A DNA stretch of 64,000 nt from Candidatus Omnitrophota bacterium (GTDB lineage Bacteria; Omnitrophota; Gorgyraeia; Duberdicusellales; 4484-171), in NCBI GenBank assembly GCA_024231025.1, contig JAAEQW010000274.1, positions 1,615-65,614 of the forward strand. The letters are read 5' to 3'. Positions 37,863 through 46,767 of the stretch are shown one piece after another (position 1 is the stretch's first letter; every line of letters begins with the position of its first letter). Below the pieces are notes generated by a model. The model searched no databases and was not told where the DNA came from. It saw nothing but the letters and a program-made list of their open reading frames with translations. The translations under genes were made by a program, and so were the position numbers.

Positions 37863-38375
37863 TTAACTATTTTGGCTAAGCCAGGTTTCTACTTCCTTGT
37901 GATCAAATAAAAGATTTGAGCCCGACTTTTCTGCCGGAATCGCTCCAGTTCCGACCCACTCCATAATTTTACTCTCGCCTACCGAAAGATAGTCAGATAG
38001 CTCTTCTATTGACATTTTTACTTGAGCCATTCTGCAATTTCCGTTTAGCACTGCCCCTTTATCAACGGCAAGCCGGGGAGTTTCAATGTTTCCAACTACC
38101 TCAGCTGTTGACCCTAGTTCAACTAAACGACTAGCTTTAATGTCGCCTTTTACTATACCGGCAATGGCTATGTTTTCGCCGATAATATCTGCTGTTACGG
38201 TAGCGTTTTTACCGATAATCAAATTCCCTTTTGTTGTTAAATCTCCATCAAACTTTCCACTTATGCGTAAATTTACAGGGTCAGAAAAAACTAAGCTTCC
38301 CCTCATTGCTGCAGTAACGTCAAGAAACTTCACTTCATCACTTTTTTTGTCTTCCCTTTTCTTCATCACAACCAC
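37863..38375 (-). CDS. Bactofilin-domain protein fused to a C-terminal excisionase-type HTH DNA-binding domain.
   Basis: Bactofilin beta-helix repeats (ISGKFDGDLTTKGNLIIGKNATVTADIIGENIAIAGIVKGDI...) followed by MSIEELSDYLSVGESKIMEWVGTGAIPAEK. Confidence 0.6.
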   Translation of the reverse strand: MVVMKKREDKKSDEVKFLDVTAAMRGSLVFSDPVNLRISGKFDGDLTTKGNLIIGKNATVTADIIGENIAIAGIVKGDIKASRLVELGSTAEVVGNIETPRLAVDKGAVLNGNCRMAQVKMSIEELSDYLSVGESKIMEWVGTGAIPAEKSGSNLLFDHKEVETWLSQNS

Positions 38376-38420
38376 CCCCTGTTACAAATGCACCAAACGG
38401 TGCGCCATTATATAAATACA

Positions 38421-38858
38421 TTAGTTACTTTTATTATGTGCTTTTTCTTCGGCACGTTTTACATACGAAAGAGTAACGTAGGCAATGATTGTTGCAAATA
38501 AAGCGCCACTTATATACCCGCAACCAGCAGCCAAACCGATTGCCGCGTTTATCCAAACGCTTCCAGCTGTGGTTAACCCTCTAATTCCTTGAGGGTTCCT
38601 TATAATCGTACCTGCGCCTAAAAATCCAATACCCGTTACAACCCCCGCAGCAATCCTGCCAGGATCAATTTGTGCTATATCTTGATAAGCTTGGAAAACA
38701 TATATTGACACCAGCATTATAAGAGCCGAGCCAACGCAAACTAAAATATGCGTACGAAGCCCAGGGTGTTTTCCTCTTTTTTCCCGTTCTAATCCAATTA
38801 CCCCACCAAAAACAAAAGCCAGCGATAATCGCACTATCGTATCAAACAAACTTAACAT
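38421..38858 (-). CDS. MgtC/SapB family membrane protein.
   Basis: FVFGGVIGLEREKRGKHPGLRTHILV motif. Confidence 0.75.
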   Translation of the reverse strand: MLSLFDTIVRLSLAFVFGGVIGLEREKRGKHPGLRTHILVCVGSALIMLVSIYVFQAYQDIAQIDPGRIAAGVVTGIGFLGAGTIIRNPQGIRGLTTAGSVWINAAIGLAAGCGYISGALFATIIAYVTLSYVKRAEEKAHNKSN

Positions 38859-39844
38859 TAACTTGCCTCCGCTTTTAAACTCAGGTTACTTTTTATCCCC
38901 TTATTATACAAATAAAATCCTATTCCTGCAACCATTGCGGCATTATCAGTAGAATAGGTCAAAGGAGCGGCAAAAAGCCTTATTTTACGCTCTTTTTGCG
39001 CGCTTAATCGCGCTCGCAAAAAGCTATTTGCAATAACCCCGCCACCGCAAACCACTCGGTTTATACCAGTCTTAATTGACGCATCAACTACAGTTTGAAC
39101 AATTGCTTCAACCACTGTAGCTTGAAAAGCAGAAATCAGACCAATTTTGCTTTTTCTATCAAGTAACTTTTTCTTTTCAAGCTCGATCTGTTTATAAATA
39201 ACTGCTGTTTTTATTCCACTAAAACTTAAATCAAGACCAATCTTACCACATTTAAATTTAAATTCATCTTTTCGCTTGGCATCAAATAATTTATCAATTA
39301 TCGGCCCGCCAGGATAACCCAACCCCAAACTTCTTCCAATTTTATCAAAAACTTCTCCGCAAGCATCATCTCGAGTTTGCCCTATAATTTTCATTTTATT
39401 AAAATCATCTACACGATAAATTTCAGTATGCCCACCAGACACAACCAATCCCAAAAAGGGAAACTTAATTTTAGCAGGATAATTCAAGAAAGGTGCAAAA
39501 AGGTGTGCGTGCAAATGATTCACTCCAATAAGCGGTTTGCCCAACGCTAAAGATAATGCCTTAGCAAAATTGATTCCAACAACTAACGATCCGATTAATC
39601 CGGGCTTATGCGTTACGGCAATTACACTTATCCTATGCAATGAGATTTTTGCCTCGCTTAAAGCTGCGTTAAAAACCTTATCGATATTCTTAAGATGCGC
39701 GCGAGTGGCAATTTCCGGAATAATTCCTCCATATTTCTTATGCTGGCGCAAAGAAGATATAGTTACATTGCTTAAGACTTTATAATTTTTCAAAACAGCG
39801 CAAGACGTTTCGTCGCAAGATGTTTCTATTCCTAAAGTATACAT
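38858..39844 (-). CDS. tsaD: tRNA N6-adenosine threonylcarbamoyltransferase TsaD (Kae1/Gcp).
   Basis: MYTLGIETSCDETSCAV N-terminus and HxxAH metal motifs. The start was chosen at the internal M; the track ORF extends to 39904. Confidence 0.85.
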   Translation of the reverse strand: MYTLGIETSCDETSCAVLKNYKVLSNVTISSLRQHKKYGGIIPEIATRAHLKNIDKVFNAALSEAKISLHRISVIAVTHKPGLIGSLVVGINFAKALSLALGKPLIGVNHLHAHLFAPFLNYPAKIKFPFLGLVVSGGHTEIYRVDDFNKMKIIGQTRDDACGEVFDKIGRSLGLGYPGGPIIDKLFDAKRKDEFKFKCGKIGLDLSFSGIKTAVIYKQIELEKKKLLDRKSKIGLISAFQATVVEAIVQTVVDASIKTGINRVVCGGGVIANSFLRARLSAQKERKIRLFAAPLTYSTDNAAMVAGIGFYLYNKGIKSNLSLKAEAS

Positions 39845-39858
39845 CTTAAAATTCAAAA

Positions 39859-39982
39859 CAACCAAGAAACAAGATACAATAACCAAATAAGCTCCAATCA
39901 TCAAATCCCAATAACCAGATTTTTTGATTATTGAATATTGGAAATTGGTTATTATTTGTATCTTGCATCTTGGTTATTGGTT
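39859..39982. repeat. Second long imperfect AT-rich palindrome (TTGGTTATT/AATAACCAA arms), intergenic between tsaD and ctp.
   Basis: The left arm ...CAACCAAGAAACAAGATACAATAACC is approximately the reverse complement of the right arm GGTTATTATTTGTATCTTGCATCTTGGTT. Confidence 0.45.
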
Positions 39983-39989
39983 ATTTAGT

Positions 39990-41246
39990 TTACCTGTTGC
40001 TACCCAAAACAACTAAGCCTTTAATTAAGTCGACTGCCCTTGTTATTTGATAATCTTTTTTGTAATCAAATTCTTTCTTAGGTTCTTCGCCAGATTCCTG
40101 ATTTTCTACTTTTTCAAAAACGTCTTTTTCTTTTTTTTCAATTTCTTTTTCCTCAATAATTTTAAGCTCTACTTCAACATCAGGATCAATTCCCTTTTCA
40201 TGAATGCTTGTTCCATTTGGCGTATAGTATTTTGAGGTTGTAAGCCGAAGTGCGGAGCCATCAGAAAGCGGCAATATTGTTTGAACCGAACCTTTACCAA
40301 AAGTTGTTTCTCCTAAAAGAATACCTCTTTTATTTTCACGAAGTGCAGCGGCAAGAATTTCACTACCCGAAGCGCTCCCCTTGTTAATTAGAATAACTAT
40401 TGGAATATCTAAATATTTTTCTTTGATTGGTGAGGTTTTATACACCTTTTCTTTTTGTTCTCTTGTCTTAGTTGATACAACGGTTTTACCATTTTCCAAA
40501 AATCTGCTGGTTACTTCAATCGCTGAATAAAGTAAGCCGCCGGGATTATTTCTAACGTCAATTATCAACCCCTTAAGGCCTTCTGCCTTAAGCTTGCGCA
40601 ATGCTTTATCTAAATCGTTTGTTGTGGTTTCTCTAAACTCAGCTATTCTTAAATAACCGATGCCATCTTCTAGGATCATCGCTCGCTTGATATCCTTTAT
40701 TTTTATTATACCCCTAGTAACAGTCACTTCTTCTAGGCTCTTAGTTTTATCTTTTAGAAGCACTAAATCAACATTCGTTTCAGGCTCACCGCGCAACTTC
40801 TTTACTGCTTCGTTTAAGGTAATGCCTTTTGTTAGCTCACCGTCAATCTTAACAATAATATCACCCGCTTCTAATCCGGCCCGCCAAGCAGGAGTGTCCT
40901 CGATCGGAGTAACTATCGTTAAAAATCGTTCCTTTATTGTTATCTCTATTCCTAATCCGCCAAATTGACCTTCTGTTTCAACAAGTAAATCCTTGTAATC
41001 TTCAGGCGTAAGAAATTGACTATATGAATCAAGCGATGAAAGTAAACCCTCCATCGCGCCATAAATCAGATCTTGTGCAGTTTTATCTTCAACGTGTTTT
41101 TTCTCGATTACTGATAATCCTTCGGCAAAAAGATCAAGTTCCTTATAAAACTCTTCTCTTTCATTGCCCAAAGAATACCCCACCCAATAAGAAGAAAACG
41201 AAGTTAATACAAGGATTATAACAATCGCGGTGATTTTCTTTTTCAT
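39990..41246 (-). CDS. ctp: Carboxyl-terminal processing protease (S41 family, PDZ domain).
   Basis: PDZ domain (GDIIVKIDG), catalytic GSASGSEI and an N-terminal signal anchor. Confidence 0.85.
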   Translation of the reverse strand: MKKKITAIVIILVLTSFSSYWVGYSLGNEREEFYKELDLFAEGLSVIEKKHVEDKTAQDLIYGAMEGLLSSLDSYSQFLTPEDYKDLLVETEGQFGGLGIEITIKERFLTIVTPIEDTPAWRAGLEAGDIIVKIDGELTKGITLNEAVKKLRGEPETNVDLVLLKDKTKSLEEVTVTRGIIKIKDIKRAMILEDGIGYLRIAEFRETTTNDLDKALRKLKAEGLKGLIIDVRNNPGGLLYSAIEVTSRFLENGKTVVSTKTREQKEKVYKTSPIKEKYLDIPIVILINKGSASGSEILAAALRENKRGILLGETTFGKGSVQTILPLSDGSALRLTTSKYYTPNGTSIHEKGIDPDVEVELKIIEEKEIEKKEKDVFEKVENQESGEEPKKEFDYKKDYQITRAVDLIKGLVVLGSNR

Positions 41247-41453
41247 CTTTACCTCCTATACTTGTGCTTGATAAATATCATATTTTTAAAGGCTATTCCA
41301 AGCGCCATAATCATTCCCTTATTTTAATTGATCTTCTCTTTTTGTAAAGGAATTTCCTAAATAGGCGTTTTCCACGAAATACATTGCAAACAACCCTGGA
41401 AACTGGGAGAATGATGAAGAAAATATGTTTGGTGAATATAAAAATGTAAATGT

Positions 41454-41660
41454 CGTAGGGGCGGGCCTTGTGTCCGCCCGTGATAATATAAAATTGTCAA
41501 TAATCGGTAAATAATTGACGATCGGTTGTAATACCTAGCCATATCCATGACATAGTAAATATTGTAGGGGCGGGGTCTCCCCGCCCGGATAAAATGTCAT
41601 TGAATATCGACAATCAAAATAATTATGACAACGGGCACGGAAAACGTGCCCCTACAATTG
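41454..41660. repeat. Cluster of three REP-like hairpins upstream of the TA/RAYT locus (a BIME-like array).
   Basis: Hairpins GGGGCGGGCC-ttgt-GTCCGCCCG, TTGTAGGGGCGGGG-tct-CCCCGCCC and GGGCACG-gaaaa-CGTGCCCCTACAATTG. The stem sequences differ but pairing is preserved. Confidence 0.7.
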
Positions 41661-41693
41661 GGAATTGGTCGAAAATAATATTAAAAATTACTT

Positions 41694-41728
41694 TGACATC
41701 ACGTACGAAATATGGTACGATTTATATG
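41694..41728 (+). promoter_or_regulatory. Promoter and operator of the yefM-yoeB operon.
   Basis: TTGACA, a 17-nt spacer and TACGAT. A direct repeat GTACGA-N6-GTACGA overlaps the spacer, and a GGAGGTG RBS lies upstream of the ATG at 41742. Confidence 0.55.
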
Positions 41729-41741
41729 GAGGTGAGTTAGT

Positions 41742-41984
41742 ATGACAACATTAACGGCCAGTGAGGCGCGAGCAAAGCTGTATAAGCTATTGGACAAAGC
41801 GGCTCTATCGCATGAGCCCATACAAATTACCGGTAAAAGGCATAATGCCGTATTAATCTCAGAAGATGACTGGCGTGCAATAAACGAAACGCTATATTTG
41901 CTTTCTGTTCCGAAAATGAGGGAATCTATCCGAGAAGGCCTGAAAACCCCTATCAAAAAGTGCAATAAAAGATTGAAGTGGTAG
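41742..41984 (+). CDS. yefM: Antitoxin, Phd/YefM family.
   Basis: MTTLTASEARAKLYKLLD...PIQITGKRHNAVLISEDDWRAINETLYLL. Confidence 0.8.
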   Translation: MTTLTASEARAKLYKLLDKAALSHEPIQITGKRHNAVLISEDDWRAINETLYLLSVPKMRESIREGLKTPIKKCNKRLKW

Positions 41985-42244
41985 ACTGGAAACTAGTTTA
42001 TACAAAACAAGCCCAAAAGGATGCGAAAAAACTATCATCTGCTGGTTTACGCCTAAAAGCAGAGACCCTTCTCAAAGTCGTAAGAAAAAACCCTTTCCAG
42101 GCCCCTCCTCCATTCGAAAAGCTAATTGGCGACCTAGAAGGCGCATATTCTCGCAGAATAAATATCAAGCATCGTCTTGTGTATCAAGTGCTAAAAAAGT
42201 ATAAAACAGTAAAAATTATTCGAATGTGGACGCATTACGAATAA
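41978..42244 (+). CDS. yoeB: Toxin YoeB (Txe family mRNA interferase).
   Basis: W..VYTKQAQKDAKKL...IKHRLVYQV...IIRMWTHYE, overlapping the yefM stop. Confidence 0.85.
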   Translation: MVDWKLVYTKQAQKDAKKLSSAGLRLKAETLLKVVRKNPFQAPPPFEKLIGDLEGAYSRRINIKHRLVYQVLKKYKTVKIIRMWTHYE

Positions 42245-42317
42245 CTAAAATACACACCGACGCAGTTCGGCTGCGCCCAGGGCAGCTGAGTTTGGGTGTT
42301 ATGTTGAATGAATAAAA

Positions 42318-42872
42318 ATGACATACACATTTAAATCCCGTAAAACAATAAGGCTGAAGAACCACGACTATTCAAAGCAAGGGTATTACCATGTTACAAT
42401 CTGCACATATAACCATCTAGAAACCTTTGGTATAATCGAGAATAATAAAATGGCGTTAAACCAATGCGGCGAGATTGTGAAAAATGCCTGGTTAGACCTA
42501 CCTAATCACCATAAAAATATTGAATTAGATGAATTTATCGTTATGCCTAATCATATACATGGAATAATCAACGTCGTTGCAGGGGCCGGGCCTGCCCGGC
42601 CCTCTAATAAAAATACGAAAAATAATAATTTGTCCATTATAATTGGATCATATAAATCCACGGTCACAAAACAAATCAATAAATTAAATAATAATTCATT
42701 CAAATGGCAGCGTTCTTTCCACGATGAGGTTATCCGTACCAGCAATCGCTCTCTATATAATTCACGTCATTATATTGTAAATAATCCTGCAACATGGGAT
42801 AATGATGAAAATAATATTAAAAATTATTCTGTAAAGGGCGAGGCAGGCCTCGCCCCTGCAACTACGTTTTGA
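42318..42872 (+). mobile_element. REP-associated tyrosine transposase (RAYT, IS200/IS605-like TnpA_REP).
   Basis: HxH motif (MPNHIHGII) and a C-terminal Y-containing region. The gene is flanked by REP hairpins upstream (41454-41660) and downstream (42838-42925). REP-like GC hairpins are even embedded in its own coding sequence (42582-42608). Confidence 0.8.
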
Positions 42873-42905
42873 TAAAATATATAGGGGCCTAACAAAAACC
42901 ATCCC

Positions 42906-43610
42906 CTACGATTTTGAAACTACGCCCACTAACACTTCTTCGTCTGCTAAATACATTACTAGATTCAAAAAATCTTGTTTCGTGGAAAATTTTACATTTT
43001 CATATATCGCCTGCAAAGGTCTTTTACCGTTAAAATACCCTAATAGATAGGTAATTTGTTTTTTGTCGTAGCTCAGCCCCATCAAAGAAACTCTTTTCTC
43101 TTTACAAGAGGTAACATCTTTAAATACTAGTTCGGTTGCGTTTTTTGTCTTTAGCGTTTTCCTTAACTCCAGATATGGATTAAACAAAAAAATCGCCGAA
43201 AACGGAAGCGCTCCATTAAAAAAACATTGCTGAGCGCTATCGTCTACCGTCTCATCAAGCGAACAAACTGGTTCTAATTTATAGCCGCTATCGCACATAA
43301 AATTTCTACAAACTATCGGACGCGTATTATAAATTGTGCAGCGGTTTTCGTCATCGAGATAGGTGCATGATCCGTTCTTTTTTTTCTTCAGGCGATACGC
43401 TCGATTAAAACAATGCTCACTCGTTTTAAGGCAAATCTTCTTATCGCGAGAACAAAAACTTTCAGATTTGTATATTTTTTGCTTGTGTTCTTGCGCGGCA
43501 AGATTTATATCCCATCCTTTACAACACATTGCCCCACAAATAGATAGATCGCATCCTTTGTTTTGAAAATATACTTTGTGCTGTGTGGGATCAAGCTTGA
43601 TAGGGTTCAT
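42906..43610 (-). CDS. YkgJ-family cysteine-cluster (CxxCxxCC) protein with an extra C-terminal domain.
   Basis: N-terminal CDLSICGAMCCKGW and further Cys pairs. Confidence 0.5.
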   Translation of the reverse strand: MNPIKLDPTQHKVYFQNKGCDLSICGAMCCKGWDINLAAQEHKQKIYKSESFCSRDKKICLKTSEHCFNRAYRLKKKKNGSCTYLDDENRCTIYNTRPIVCRNFMCDSGYKLEPVCSLDETVDDSAQQCFFNGALPFSAIFLFNPYLELRKTLKTKNATELVFKDVTSCKEKRVSLMGLSYDKKQITYLLGYFNGKRPLQAIYENVKFSTKQDFLNLVMYLADEEVLVGVVSKS

Positions 43611-43622
43611 GGCGCTGCTTAA

Positions 43623-45038
43623 CTATTGGCACAAGGCTTTCTGGAGCATTTCCTTAACTACTTTGGGATTGGCCTTGCCCTTGGTTTTTTTCATAACACA
43701 TCCAACTAAAAACATTATTGCCTGTTGCTTACCGCCTTTATACTCGCTAACGGCTTTCGGATTGCCATCAATCGCTTCTTTAATAAATGCGAATAATTCA
43801 TCTTCCCCAGACACCTGAACTAAGCCACGGCTAGCGATAAGCTCATCAATGTCTTTATCGGTTGCAATGGCACTGCTTAAAACTTTTTTGGCACTTAAAT
43901 TATTTATTTTTCCTTGGGCAAAATATCGTACAATTTTTGCAAAATTACCGGGAGAAATCTTTATCGCTTCAATTGTGCCCAGCAAATTTATCTGCTCTAA
44001 AAATGGGCCTAAAAAGAAACCGGTCATTTTTTTAATATCATCATATTCATTACAGGAGCTTTCAAAAAAATCAGCTAAAACACGATTCGATATAATAATA
44101 TCTATTTCCTTTTCGGGTAATTTATAGTCTTTTAAAAATCTTTCTTTTTTAACAAGAGGCAATTCACACACATTCTTCTTTTCTTTTTCAATGCGTTCTT
44201 TAGATATGCAGAAATCTAAAAGATCTGGTTCCGGAAAATAACGGTAATCGCAGGCCTCCTCTTTCGTGCGCATCACAACTGTAATGCACTTATTCTCATC
44301 CCAGAGCCTAGTTTCTTGAGCAATTTTTTGCCCTTGCTCTAATACTTTTTTCTGCCGTTTAACCTCGTGCATCAACCCATCGCGCACCCCTTTAAACGAA
44401 TTCATATTTTTTAACTCTACCCTTGTTCCGAGTTTTGTTTCTCCTTTTCTTTTTAATGAAATATTCGCATCACAACGCAAAAAACCTTTTTCCATATCAC
44501 AATCAGAAGCATCGATATATTGCAAAATAAGTTTAAGTTGTGTTAGATAATCAAAAGCTTCTTGGGGATTAGATATATCAGGTTCAGATACAATTTCAAG
44601 CAAAGGTGTTCCGGTACGATTTAAATCCACTAAAGAATAATCTTGTTTGTGGATAGATTTCCCCGCATCTTCTTCTAGGTGAACTCTGGTAATGCCAATC
44701 TTTTTGCCAGAGTTAAGCAATAAATTTCCTTCTTCACCTAATGGTCTCTTATACTGTGATATTTGATATCCTTTTGGCAAATCAGGATAAAAATAGTTTT
44801 TGCGTTCAAAATATATTCGATTATTTATTTTACAATTTAAGGCAAGGCCAACTCTAGTGCCCAAATCGAGCGCTTTTTCATTAAAAACAGGTAATACCCC
44901 CGGGTAACCGCAACAAACCGGGCAAATGTTGGTATTGACAGGACTATTAAACTCAGTTGGACAGCAGCAAAATATCTTTGATCTTGTTTTTAATTGAACG
45001 TGCACTTCCAAACCAATAACAACATCAAATTCAAACAT
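43623..45038 (-). CDS. gatB: Asp-tRNA(Asn)/Glu-tRNA(Gln) amidotransferase subunit B.
   Basis: MFEFDVVIGLEVHVQL N-terminus (the internal M was chosen as start). Conserved gatCAB order. Confidence 0.9.
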   Translation of the reverse strand: MFEFDVVIGLEVHVQLKTRSKIFCCCPTEFNSPVNTNICPVCCGYPGVLPVFNEKALDLGTRVGLALNCKINNRIYFERKNYFYPDLPKGYQISQYKRPLGEEGNLLLNSGKKIGITRVHLEEDAGKSIHKQDYSLVDLNRTGTPLLEIVSEPDISNPQEAFDYLTQLKLILQYIDASDCDMEKGFLRCDANISLKRKGETKLGTRVELKNMNSFKGVRDGLMHEVKRQKKVLEQGQKIAQETRLWDENKCITVVMRTKEEACDYRYFPEPDLLDFCISKERIEKEKKNVCELPLVKKERFLKDYKLPEKEIDIIISNRVLADFFESSCNEYDDIKKMTGFFLGPFLEQINLLGTIEAIKISPGNFAKIVRYFAQGKINNLSAKKVLSSAIATDKDIDELIASRGLVQVSGEDELFAFIKEAIDGNPKAVSEYKGGKQQAIMFLVGCVMKKTKGKANPKVVKEMLQKALCQ

Positions 45039-46452
45039 TGGGAATCCTTTTGTGAAAATTGGTCTCCTGCTGATATGTAAAAGACGCACTTACTAAAGAT
45101 GATTCATCAAAAGCCTTGGCAATAAACTGCACGCCGATTGGTAAGTTATCCTTTGTAAACCCACAAGGAAGTGATACTGCCGGCAACCCTGCCAAATTAG
45201 CCGATATCGTATAGACATCTGATAAGTACATGCTTATTGGATCTTCAGATTTTTCACCAATATTAAAGGCCGCTGTCGGAGAAGTGGGTGTAAGGATTAT
45301 GTCAACTTCATTAAAAACTTTGTCAAAATCTTCTTTTATTAAACGCCTTACTTTTAATGCTCGTAAAAAATAGGCGTCATAATATCCGCTAGAAAGACTA
45401 TGCGCACCAAGAAAAATTCTTCGTTTCGCCTCGGCTCCAAAACCTTCTTTTCTTGTGTCAGAATACATGTCAATTAAGTTAGGTCTTTTTTCTCGAAGAC
45501 CATATCTTACTCCATCAAAACGTTGCAGATTTGCGCTTGCTTCAGACGACGCAATTATATAGTAAGTAGCTACTGCATATTCGGTATGGGGCAGACTTAT
45601 TTCAACAATACAGGCACCCTTCTTTTTTAATACGCTTATTACTCCCTCAACCGCGTTTTTTACTTCGCTGTTTAATCCTTTGGCGAAATATTCTTTTGCT
45701 ATACCAACTTTTGTTCCTTTCTTGATTGTCGCCAAAGCCTTAGTGAAATCATCTGTTTCTACCTTAGCCGAAGTAGAATCTTTCGAATCATAACCGCAAA
45801 TAACATTAAGAAGATGCGCGCAATCGATAATGTTGGTTGAAAACGGCCCTATTTGATCAAGGCTTGAACCAAAAGCAATTAACCCATACCGCGAAACGCG
45901 GCCATAGGTAGGCTTAAAACCAACAACCCCGCATAACGATGCCGGCTGTCGAATAGAGCCCCCTGTATCTGAACCAAGCGCTAAAGGAACTTGCCGACAC
46001 CCAACTGATGCTGCGCTTCCTCCGGATGAACCACCCGCAACTTTATCTTTATTCCACGGGTTTCTTACAACGCCATAACAAGACGTCTCTGTCGATGATC
46101 CAAAAGCAAACTCATCCATGTTGGCTGTTCCGGCAATATTAAGACCGGCTTCTTTTAGCTTAGTTATAACTGTTGCATCGTAAACAGCAATATGATTGGA
46201 AAGTATTTTTGAAGCGCAGGTAATTTTTTTACCCTTAATGCAGATATTGTCTTTCACTGCTATTGGAACGCCTTTTAATGAAGATGTTGCACAAGATTTA
46301 AGCGGTTGATCATAGACATCAACAAAACTATTTAATTTTTTGTTTTTATCCTTAATATTTTGGTTAAACGCGCTAAAAACTTCGTCTTCGGCTATCTCTC
46401 CTTTTTTAATGCTTTGGGCTATTTCTAAGCCAGTTAAAGACAGTGCTTTCAT
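45031..46452 (-). CDS. gatA: Glutamyl-tRNA(Gln) amidotransferase subunit A (amidase).
   Basis: Amidase signature GGSSGGSAA. Confidence 0.9.
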   Translation of the reverse strand: MKALSLTGLEIAQSIKKGEIAEDEVFSAFNQNIKDKNKKLNSFVDVYDQPLKSCATSSLKGVPIAVKDNICIKGKKITCASKILSNHIAVYDATVITKLKEAGLNIAGTANMDEFAFGSSTETSCYGVVRNPWNKDKVAGGSSGGSAASVGCRQVPLALGSDTGGSIRQPASLCGVVGFKPTYGRVSRYGLIAFGSSLDQIGPFSTNIIDCAHLLNVICGYDSKDSTSAKVETDDFTKALATIKKGTKVGIAKEYFAKGLNSEVKNAVEGVISVLKKKGACIVEISLPHTEYAVATYYIIASSEASANLQRFDGVRYGLREKRPNLIDMYSDTRKEGFGAEAKRRIFLGAHSLSSGYYDAYFLRALKVRRLIKEDFDKVFNEVDIILTPTSPTAAFNIGEKSEDPISMYLSDVYTISANLAGLPAVSLPCGFTKDNLPIGVQFIAKAFDESSLVSASFTYQQETNFHKRIPNV

Positions 46453-46453
46453 A

Positions 46454-46738
46454 TTATTCGATTATTTTAGGAACCTTAAAATAGTCTCCCTCTCTTTGCG
46501 GGGCATTGTTTAGTATGTCATCTTTGAGCATCGAGAGTTTTGGTTGATCAGGGCGAAAAACATCTCTTTGTAAAGTTGCTGTGCGCATTGGCTCAACGTT
46601 TTCTACATCTAATTCGTTTAGTTTTTCGATATAACCAATAATTTTAGAAAGTTGACGATTAAGAGAATCTATTTGGTGAGGGGAAACATTGATCCTGGTT
46701 AACTTTGAAATATATTCTACTATTGATTTTTCTGTCAT
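46454..46738 (-). CDS. gatC: Glutamyl-tRNA(Gln) amidotransferase subunit C.
   Basis: 94 aa, located directly upstream of gatA. Confidence 0.8.
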   Translation of the reverse strand: MTEKSIVEYISKLTRINVSPHQIDSLNRQLSKIIGYIEKLNELDVENVEPMRTATLQRDVFRPDQPKLSMLKDDILNNAPQREGDYFKVPKIIE

Positions 46739-46767
46739 AGAATTACAAATACAATTAAACGTTTATT

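Noticed and set aside
41454-41660. A possible CRISPR array, given the repeated GC-rich palindromes.
   Set aside because: Repeat units differ in sequence (only structure is conserved) and spacing is irregular. Copies are dispersed, including inside genes, and a RAYT transposase sits adjacent. These are REP/BIME elements, not CRISPR.
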